From Candidatus Cryosericum sp. (GTDB lineage Bacteria; Caldisericota; Caldisericia; Cryosericales; Cryosericaceae), in NCBI GenBank assembly GCA_049699855.1, contig JBNAWM010000007.1, positions 14,716 through 28,952 of the forward strand: 14,237 bases of DNA, read 5' to 3'. Both the position numbers and the translations under genes were made by a program. Numbering within the stretch: the stretch's first letter is position 1; the number at the start of each line of letters is the position of its first letter. Under the pieces are notes generated by a model. The model was given only the letters and a program-made list of their open reading frames with translations, made no database searches and had not been told where the DNA came from. This document shows positions 1 to 6,478 of the stretch, in pieces.

Positions 1-385
1 GCGCAAAGTAGACGGTCTTGCCGGATGGCTCGAATCGTACCACGCCCCCGGCTGCTTCAAGGACTGCCCGCATCGGGAATGCGACGTGAGTGCCAACTTG
101 AAGGGCAGTGAAACCTTTGGGGAAGGTACCGGTACTCCGCCTGGAATCAACGGTTACAGCAAAGCTGGCCTGGCCCGCACGCACATCGATCGCAATACGC
201 CGCATCGCCACCGCTTGCGTGGCACCATCGACCTGCCCAATGGGAACGGCTACAAGCAACACCACCATCATCATAAGAGCAAGCGCGCCGGCGACAAAAG
301 CCCGAGCACGTGCCATCCTGCCGCCTGCCGCGTACCAGGCATATTCCTTGATTCGTTTCTGTTCCTGCAACCTTCGTCCAACCAT
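1..385 (-). CDS. Secreted copper amine oxidase N-terminal-like ('stalk') domain protein, 3' end beyond the window
   Basis: Absent from the ORF track because no stop falls in the window. Manual translation from ATG at 385 (SD GGAGGA at 396-391): MVGRRLQEQKRIKEYAWYAAGGRMARARAFVAGALALMMMVVLLVAVPIGQVDGATQAVAMRRIAIDVRAGQASFAVTVDSRRSTGTFPKGFTALQVGTHVAFPMRAVLEAAGGVVRFEPSGKTVYFA..., open to base 1. Hydrophobic signal-like segment; FPMRAVLEAAGGVVRFEPSGKTVYF resembles the 'vPlRfiaEalGa.V.wd..tktV.i' pattern of Cu_amine_oxidN1 domains. Confidence 0.8.
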   Translation of the reverse strand, partial: MVGRRLQEQKRIKEYAWYAAGGRMARARAFVAGALALMMMVVLLVAVPIGQVDGATQAVAMRRIAIDVRAGQASFAVTVDSRRSTGTFPKGFTALQVGTHVAFPMRAVLEAAGGVVRFEPSGKTVYFA

Positions 386-551
386 GTGATTCCTCCACGT
401 CCTTGAGTTTTTGATCCGGCCACCTGCGGTAAGTCGTCACGACTTCCACCCGGCCACCGGTTGCATCCGCTTCTGAGGGCGGACCGCACTTCTCGTGCCA
501 GACAATCGGCTCAGTTCTCCAAACCGGTCGTCTCCTGCATTGGCATCTTCC

Positions 552-578
552 AGTATAGGAGGAAGCGGCGCGTGTCAA
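552..578 (-). promoter_or_regulatory. Putative sigma70-type promoter for the stalk-domain gene
   Basis: Minus strand TTGACA (578-573) - 15 nt - TATACT (557-552). Hexamers are near consensus but the spacer is short. Confidence 0.5.
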
Positions 579-594
579 CGGGCGTCCACAAGAG

Positions 595-623
595 GTGACA
601 ACCTGCTCTCTTTGCCATATACT
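595..623 (+). promoter_or_regulatory. Putative sigma70-type promoter for the HAD-hutH-nitroreductase unit
   Basis: GTGACA (595-600) - 17 nt - TATACT (618-623), 25 nt upstream of ATG 649; back-to-back with the divergent promoter. Confidence 0.6.
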
Positions 624-648
624 AAATGTCGAAGTCAAAAGGAGACAC

Positions 649-1371
649 ATGATACGCGCAATAAGTCTGGATTTGTGGAAGACACTGATTCAAGATAATG
701 ATGAAGATGAGGCTCTGCGCGATCGCATCAGGGCTCAGGCCATTGGCGAGGTGCTTGCCCGACAACACGTGAGCGTTTCGGTCGATGGATTGTATGAGAG
801 CCTTCGCCGCATCGACGTTCTGCGCAGAGACGTCCGCGAAATGCGTGACTGGACGCTCACCACTTCTAACCAGGTCTCCTTTGTGCTGACGCAGGCCAGC
901 GTGTATCCCTCACCAGAGATTGTAGCAGCCATCCTGCCAGGGTACGAGTCCGCAATTCTTGAACTCATGCCCTCGCTGATCGAACAAGACGCACCAAGGC
1001 TGCTTGCCCGCCTGGCACAGGACTATCCTCTGTCGCTGACTTCCAACACCGGCAAGACTCCCGGTCGTGTGCTGTTGAAGGTACTCGATACATTTGACAT
1101 CCGCCGGCAGTTCAGCCACTTCATCTTCTCGGACGAAGTCCTGTACATGAAGCCGGACGAAGGCATCTGGCAGCTGCTTGTCGACACCAATGAACTGAAG
1201 CCTGAAGAGATTGTCCATGTGGGAGACTCCTACCGCATGGATTATGAGGGCGCGCGGGCTGCTGGCCTGCAAGCGATCCTCTTCGGGCGTCGGGAGCGAA
1301 TGCCTTCCGGCACGATCGTCATTGACTCACTCACTCAGCTTTCAACAACGATACAGGAGATGAATAGATGA
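649..1371 (+). CDS. HAD-superfamily hydrolase (subfamily IA-like), 240 aa
   Basis: Start moved from 595 to ATG 649 (SD AAAGGAG at 638-644). Motif I SLDLWKTL, motif II TSNT, motif III EVLYMKPD, motif IV HVGDSYRMDYEGARAAG. Confidence 0.9.
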   Translation: MIRAISLDLWKTLIQDNDEDEALRDRIRAQAIGEVLARQHVSVSVDGLYESLRRIDVLRRDVREMRDWTLTTSNQVSFVLTQASVYPSPEIVAAILPGYESAILELMPSLIEQDAPRLLARLAQDYPLSLTSNTGKTPGRVLLKVLDTFDIRRQFSHFIFSDEVLYMKPDEGIWQLLVDTNELKPEEIVHVGDSYRMDYEGARAAGLQAILFGRRERMPSGTIVIDSLTQLSTTIQEMNR

Positions 1372-2855
1372 ATATACGTCTTACCGGTTCCAGCCTGACC
1401 TCCAGCGAAGTCGTCCGCGTTGCTCGGCAGAATGCTCTCGTCGAACTCAGCGAAGAATCTGTGGAACAGATCAAGGTCGCCTCCTCTTTTGTTCAGAAGA
1501 TCGTACACGACCAGGTGCCAGTCTATGGCATCAACACCGGTTTTGGCTCACTCTGCAATGCACACATCGGAACCCAGGACCTGGCAAAGCTGCAGGAGAA
1601 CCTGATCATGTCACACGCGGTGGGCGTCGGCAGGTGCTTCGGCGAGGATGAGGCTCGGGCCACAATGCTGGTGCGAGCCAACACGCTAGCCAGTGGACAC
1701 TCTGGCGTTCGACTGGAGGTTGAGCAGCTGTTGCTCACCTTGCTCAACCACCATGTCTACCCGATGATTCCCTCGCAGGGATCCCTTGGCGCCTCAGGAG
1801 ACCTTGCTCCTCTTGCTGCGCTGGCTTTGGTGTTGATTGGCAAAGGCACGGCCAAGGTACATGGAGAGATGCTCCATGGCGTGGACATCCTTGATGCCAT
1901 CGGAGCAAAGCCGGTTGTCCTGGAGGCAAAAGAGGGCCTTGCGCTGATCAATGGAACGGCGGTCATGACTGGTGTAGCCGCTCTTGTCTTTGCCGATGCG
2001 CGCACGCTCCTCCATGCAGCCAACCTTGCAGCGGCGATGACCATGGAAGCCCTGCATGCCCATCTCGAGCCTTTTGACGAACGCATCCATGACCTGCGCC
2101 GTCACGCAGGACAGGGGGCGGTTGCCAAGGAGATCCTGAGCTATGTCGCAGGCAGCAGACTTGTCGGCACCTGTGATGACGTTCAGGATGCCTATAGCAT
2201 CCGTTGCATGCCACAAGTCCATGGCGCGGTGTCGGACACCATCGATTTTGTGGAGAACGTCCTGCTCAACGAACTCAATGCTGTGACCGACAACCCCCTC
2301 CTGTTTCCTGCAGACGGAGACGTTCTCTCAGGAGGGAACTTTCATGGTGAACCCATAGGCCTGGCCATGGACTACCTTGGGATTGCTCTGTCAGAGTTGG
2401 CCAGTATCAGTGAACGGCGCACGAACCGCTTGCTGAACCCCGCCCTCAGTCGCGGCCTGCCTGCATTCCTGACGCACGACGCTGGCGTCAACTCGGGGCT
2501 GATGATCGCCCAGTACACGCAGGCTGCGTTGGTCTCTGAGAACAAGGTGCTGGCACACCCCGCCTCGGTGGACAGCATTCCCGTCTCTGCCGACCAGGAG
2601 GATCATGTCAGCATGGGCACCATTGCTGCACGCAAGGCCCGCTCCATTGCTGACAACGTGTTGACGGTGGTCGCTATCGAACTCCTGGCTGCTTTCCAGG
2701 CGGTCAGGATCCGTGGCGGCGAGAACCAGCTGGGCGCAGCGACCGGTAGGGCATTTGCGAAGCTCAAGGATTTGGTTCCGCCCATGCAGGGCGACCGCAT
2801 GTTCATTGAAGATATCGATGCTGTGAGAGACCTGATTCGCAACAATGAAGTCTGA
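1368..2855 (+). CDS. hutH: Histidine ammonia-lyase
   Basis: YGINTGFG, MIO-forming ASG in GSLGASGDLAPLA, KEGLALING, QDAYSIRCMPQVHGA, DNP, GGNFHG, QEDHVSMG. LIMSHAVG carries the Ser-His pair typical of HAL rather than PAL/TAL. ATGA overlap with the upstream gene; SD AGGAG at 1355-1359. Confidence 0.93.
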   Translation: MNIRLTGSSLTSSEVVRVARQNALVELSEESVEQIKVASSFVQKIVHDQVPVYGINTGFGSLCNAHIGTQDLAKLQENLIMSHAVGVGRCFGEDEARATMLVRANTLASGHSGVRLEVEQLLLTLLNHHVYPMIPSQGSLGASGDLAPLAALALVLIGKGTAKVHGEMLHGVDILDAIGAKPVVLEAKEGLALINGTAVMTGVAALVFADARTLLHAANLAAAMTMEALHAHLEPFDERIHDLRRHAGQGAVAKEILSYVAGSRLVGTCDDVQDAYSIRCMPQVHGAVSDTIDFVENVLLNELNAVTDNPLLFPADGDVLSGGNFHGEPIGLAMDYLGIALSELASISERRTNRLLNPALSRGLPAFLTHDAGVNSGLMIAQYTQAALVSENKVLAHPASVDSIPVSADQEDHVSMGTIAARKARSIADNVLTVVAIELLAAFQAVRIRGGENQLGAATGRAFAKLKDLVPPMQGDRMFIEDIDAVRDLIRNNEV

Positions 2856-3552
2856 TATTCGCAGGACATATGCACAGCTGAACTATATCAGCCTAGTGCG
2901 CAGCCGCCATTCGACGCGCAGTTATGAACCACACCCCTTGACGCAGGAGGACAGACAGAGCATCGCTGTGGCTATCGCATCGGCTGTGCCGCTCTCCACG
3001 ACCAATCTGATGGACTGGAAGCTGGCCGACAAGTCAATCATGGGATGCAGTGCGGTCCTGTACGCCGAATCCGGAACTTCTCCAGACGAGCTCGCTGAGT
3101 ATGGATATCAGGGCCAGCAGATTGTTCTCGCACTGCTTGCAGACGGCTGGGGAACGTGCTGGTACTATCAATTTCGCATGCCTGGCAGTCCATGCTCGAT
3201 AACGGTCGGCAGGCCCGCTGCGCCTGGTCTGCGCTCGGCAGTTGTGGAAGCACTGGCCCGGGGAGGCACGCGCAGGCCCTTGGAGCAACTGGTCACGGGT
3301 GGCATTCCCGAAGGCACATCACCATTGGTTCGTACCGTCCTGGCATCAGCGCGGCTAGCTCCGTCCGCCATGAACCGCCAGCCGTGGAGCTTCGAGGTAC
3401 GATCAGACCAAGAGGTTGTCATCAAAGGCAAGGTCAGCCTGTATCCTGACCTGGGCATCTGTCTCGCGAATGCGATGGTCACAGCCCGGCAGCTGGCCGG
3501 CCAGGCAGTAGTTACGCGTCTTGATGGGGACGAGTACAGAATCAGCTGGTAA
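2845..3552 (+). CDS. Nitroreductase-family flavoprotein (TM1586-like tandem-domain type); start uncertain
   Basis: RSRHSTRSY FMN-binding motif, GYQGQQIVLALLADGWGTCW, ARLAPSAMNRQPWSF and DLGICLAN. ATG 2845 overlaps the hutH end by 11 nt; in-frame CTG 2878 is an alternative start. Confidence 0.85.
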   Translation: MKSDIRRTYAQLNYISLVRSRHSTRSYEPHPLTQEDRQSIAVAIASAVPLSTTNLMDWKLADKSIMGCSAVLYAESGTSPDELAEYGYQGQQIVLALLADGWGTCWYYQFRMPGSPCSITVGRPAAPGLRSAVVEALARGGTRRPLEQLVTGGIPEGTSPLVRTVLASARLAPSAMNRQPWSFEVRSDQEVVIKGKVSLYPDLGICLANAMVTARQLAGQAVVTRLDGDEYRISW

Positions 3553-3611
3553 GTGGACTGTTGGAGATGTCAGACGGCAGTGACCTTTCCAGCTCGCTCA
3601 AGGGGAGCAGA

Positions 3612-3797
3612 TCAGCCGCCCACCTGTAGCAATGGCGCAAGCCCGGATCTTCTCTGGGGCTTGCGCCATTCCATTTTGGACGCCATCCACAGTTTCTGCT
3701 GTTTCTGAAGGTGTCGGATCTTTGCTGGCCTGCTTCGTGTCCGACGATTCTTCTGGGCGGGGCGCTCCATTTTTCGCATCATGCTGTCTTCGTTCAT
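3612..3797 (-). CDS. Small highly basic protein of unknown function, 61 aa (candidate ArfA/BrfA-like rescue factor)
   Basis: SD AAGGAGGTGA (3810-3801) directly upstream of ATG 3797; own promoter at 3870-3843; fills an otherwise empty gap; 10 Arg + 7 Lys versus 4 acidic residues. Confidence refers to it being a real gene, not to the function. Confidence 0.75.
   Translation of the reverse strand: MNEDSMMRKMERPAQKNRRTRSRPAKIRHLQKQQKLWMASKMEWRKPQRRSGLAPLLQVGG
3631..3670. repeat. Perfect 14-bp inverted repeat (stem-loop)
   Basis: AATGGCGCAAGCCC (3631-3644) / 12-nt loop / GGGCTTGCGCCATT (3657-3670). Covers codons 43-56 of the small ORF and lies ~80 nt after the nitroreductase stop; followed by CCATTTT on the + strand. 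Confidence 0.9.
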
Positions 3798-3842
3798 GAG
3801 TCACCTCCTTGGATATCGATGCTTGCCCAGGCAAGCGCCCTA

Positions 3843-3870
3843 ACTGTACAGGAGGCGATGAGCATGTCAA
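3843..3870 (-). promoter_or_regulatory. Putative sigma70-type promoter for the small basic ORF
   Basis: Minus strand TTGACA (3870-3865) - 16 nt - TACAGT (3848-3843). Confidence 0.6.
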
Positions 3871-3920
3871 GTCACACCTGTGAATGCCGGCGCGCCAACC
3901 TCAACAATCAGCCTGGCGAT

Positions 3921-4793
3921 TCACTGCCGGTGAGGATCTGGTCTGCCAAATTCGCCGTGCGCGAACTTCTCGAGGGCCACTGCAGCCCCCTGCTGATTGT
4001 TGGACGGCACTACGTACCGGGCCATTGAGAGAGTCGTCGCATCTGCATTGGCGACAGCAACCGAGACGCCCGCGACCGCAAACATGCTGCGGTCTGCCTC
4101 GCAATCGCCGACTGCCATGACATTCTCCGGCACCACCCCGATATGATCCATCAACCACTGCAGACCCATGCCCTTGCTGACGCCGGCGGCCATGATGTTG
4201 ATGAAGTTCACATCTGCCTTGACAATGCTGGCCTCAGACCCGAACCACATCGAGAGCTGCTCCCGGACAACATCACAGTCCTCAGGACTGCACTTGACCG
4301 AGATCTTGCGCAGGTCTCGGGCGACAGACTCGGCGTACTGTGGTATCTCTGGCAGTGCATCGTCCTGACGACTCGATGCCCCGTTGTCCCCTGAAGCAGC
4401 CCTTGCTGCATTTCGAAACAGTCTTGGAGGATTCCGACCGTAGAGAATCACCGTAATCGGCACTTTCACTGTCTGAAGTCTGCGCAGGACGGCAGCCACA
4501 ATCTCAGGCGAAATAAGGCGCTCTGAAAGGACATTGCCGTCTGCCGGATCCACAATGACGGCTCCTTGCTCGGCGATGACGGGCAACGACTTCCAGCCCA
4601 GCTGTTCCACATAGGGAGCGATGTGTTCGAAGTCACGCCCCGACGCGATCGTGCATGCCAGCCCCGGAACCATGGCTTTGGAGAGCCGCGACTCCAGGTC
4701 TGCCGAAATCGATGACGTGTCATCCAGCAATGTCCGATCCAGGTCAAACACCCCAAGCATCTTCAGGTCCGTCACCGCCTGTTCGCCGTTCAA
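3921..4793 (-). CDS. Cof-type HAD-IIB phosphatase; start uncertain (TTG 4793, GTG 4775 or ATG 4760)
   Basis: Motif I VFDLDRTLL, motif II IASGR, cap entry VIAEQGA, motif III GVSKG, motif IV MAVGDCEADRSMF, then VAVANA...ARYVVPSNNQQG. Confidence 0.9.
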   Translation of the reverse strand: MNGEQAVTDLKMLGVFDLDRTLLDDTSSISADLESRLSKAMVPGLACTIASGRDFEHIAPYVEQLGWKSLPVIAEQGAVIVDPADGNVLSERLISPEIVAAVLRRLQTVKVPITVILYGRNPPRLFRNAARAASGDNGASSRQDDALPEIPQYAESVARDLRKISVKCSPEDCDVVREQLSMWFGSEASIVKADVNFINIMAAGVSKGMGLQWLMDHIGVVPENVMAVGDCEADRSMFAVAGVSVAVANADATTLSMARYVVPSNNQQGAAVALEKFAHGEFGRPDPHRQ

Positions 4794-4805
4794 ATGCGCC
4801 GCAGT

Positions 4806-6293
4806 TCAGCTCGAAGGAACACACAGCACATTGGTCAATGCACGAGTCCCCTTCATAATGTACTGCCCCTTATAGTACAGGGTAGTTGAACTTCCTCCGT
4901 CGAGCGTCAGCACGTCGGTGAACAGCCCGAGCCGAGAAAGTGCCAGGCTGACATCCCCAAATTGCAGGCGCACCTTTGCTGGTGTCACGATGAAGTACAG
5001 GTGCTTTTGTTCATCAATGCCAATGAATGCGCGGGATCCAAGCTTGGATGTGCGGCTGATGTCCTTATAGGTTCGGTAATCCATGCAGGGCTTCCCCGCG
5101 CGCACGACGACAGGGCCGCACTGGACAAACGTAGAACCAGTGCAGTCACGTGTACCCACATACGAACGGAGTTCTGCTCCGACCGACGCTTTCATTGCTG
5201 CAACGATGGCAGAGTTTCGAGCGTACAGCGCTATCTGCCCAGCAGCAAGCTTACGGGGCGTGAAGTATCCGGCGGAGATGCGCCGGAGGATCTTTCCATC
5301 CTGAACCACTGCGAGCACCTCGCTTGCTGCGACAGACAGACCGCCATTGTAGTAATTGGAATACAGCGCAACTGATTGCGACGAGGCCTCTGCCGGTAAC
5401 TGGTTAATGCGCGTCACTGGAACGTCCCTCTCCGTGTCCAGCTTCACAACAGCATGAGCTGTGCCTTCAGCATAAAATGGCGTGTTATCTGGATCAATAC
5501 CTATCGTCGAAATATAGGTGCCTGAGTAGTAGACGGGCATGCCTTGGTCCTGAACAGATCCACTCATGATGTAACTCGACACATTGAAGGGTGTCGCGTT
5601 CATCAGCGCCAGCGGCTTCAGACTGTCCACATATGCAGAGGGATATCGGGCGGTTCCCACGCCACCAACCGATTGACAGGTCACTACATGAATGCCCTTT
5701 CCCGTCAGATCAATACGCACAATGTCAAAATCTGCAGCCAGCCCGAACACCTGCTCTCTGCGAGTCTCAAACGTAACCGCCCCTTCATCAACTGGTCCTT
5801 CGACAATAGGATCGGCAACCGACATCGTGAACGTCAGCGAACCATCCGTTGATCCATGGGAGTACTGCACGGGCAGCAGGAGTGGAACGTCGGCGGCGGC
5901 AACCAGCACTTGACCAAGCAGACTCCGTGGAATGACCAGAAGTGGTATCGCCTGGCCATCCAGTGTCGCTTCACCACAACCCGGCGTCACACATACCAGG
6001 TGATCCTTGCTGGACAAGGACAGTATTCCGCTCTGAGGCATGTACTGGATGGTATAGCCCAACTGCCTGGCGACAAACCCGATGGGGATCAATGTCTGAC
6101 GCGCGGTTTGGTCGAACACAGGGGGAATGAGCATGGTCACTGAACGATCGTTCACGACTGCCCTTGCGCTGCCAGTCGTAAGAACAATGGTCGTGGTCTG
6201 GGCACGCGCAGTCAATGTTCCTGCGCACAGGACCAATAACGCCATGGCACCGCACACCGCTTTTCGCGATAGAACTCTGATCCTGTCGAGCAT
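4806..6293 (-). CDS. Secreted stalk-domain + phosphodiester glycosidase (NAGPA/DUF2233-like) protein
   Basis: SD GGAGGTGA (6304-6297); signal peptide ending ...LTARA; Cu-amine-oxidase-N-like segment TLIPIGFVARQLGYTIQY; C-terminal GPVVVRAG...SRAFIGID...LTLDGGSSTTLYYKG...RALTNVLCV. Confidence 0.82.
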   Translation of the reverse strand: MLDRIRVLSRKAVCGAMALLVLCAGTLTARAQTTTIVLTTGSARAVVNDRSVTMLIPPVFDQTARQTLIPIGFVARQLGYTIQYMPQSGILSLSSKDHLVCVTPGCGEATLDGQAIPLLVIPRSLLGQVLVAAADVPLLLPVQYSHGSTDGSLTFTMSVADPIVEGPVDEGAVTFETRREQVFGLAADFDIVRIDLTGKGIHVVTCQSVGGVGTARYPSAYVDSLKPLALMNATPFNVSSYIMSGSVQDQGMPVYYSGTYISTIGIDPDNTPFYAEGTAHAVVKLDTERDVPVTRINQLPAEASSQSVALYSNYYNGGLSVAASEVLAVVQDGKILRRISAGYFTPRKLAAGQIALYARNSAIVAAMKASVGAELRSYVGTRDCTGSTFVQCGPVVVRAGKPCMDYRTYKDISRTSKLGSRAFIGIDEQKHLYFIVTPAKVRLQFGDVSLALSRLGLFTDVLTLDGGSSTTLYYKGQYIMKGTRALTNVLCVPSS

Positions 6294-6444
6294 TTCTCAC
6301 CTCCAGCATCAACACAAATAGTATACACGCAAATCTTAGACGACTGATTCTCCCGACAGGTTTCGCCTGCCTTCCCTTCGAACCGCGTACGCCGCTGAAG
6401 CAGACAAACAGACTGTTGAGACGTTACACAAGCGAACTTTCAGC

Positions 6445-6472
6445 TTTACAAGACGGGCCCCGCTGATATCAT
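6445..6472 (+). promoter_or_regulatory. Putative promoter with extended -10 for the sensor kinase
   Basis: TTTACA (6445-6450) - 16 nt - TATCAT (6467-6472), preceded by TGn (TGaTATCAT). Confidence 0.55.
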
Positions 6473-6478
6473 ATGCCT

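Noticed and set aside
86..406. Plus-strand ORF with HHHHH upstream of the hutH unit, suggestive of a histidine-sensing leader peptide
   Set aside because: The His run is the antisense shadow of the ATG/GTG codons (MMMVV) in the signal peptide of the minus-strand gene; no SD, and the hutH unit has its own promoter downstream of it.
595..648. 18-codon N-terminal extension of the HAD ORF
   Set aside because: GTG 595 coincides with the predicted -35 box; SD and motif I position support ATG 649.
3598..3870. Alternative 90-aa minus-strand ORF over the small basic gene
   Set aside because: Its TTG start is the -35 hexamer and has no SD; the strong SD points to ATG 3797 in another frame.
6320..6348. 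Promoter for the phosphodiester glycosidase gene (TATACT at 6325-6320, minus strand)
   Set aside because: Plausible -10 but no recognisable -35 or correctly spaced TG extension, so not called.
6350..6400. Minus-strand GTACGCGGTTCGAAGGGAAGGCAGGCGAAACCTGTC, resembling the 3' half of group II intron domain V-VI
   Set aside because: The 5' strand of domain V with the catalytic triad is missing, and there is no intron body or reverse transcriptase; only a small hairpin is supported.
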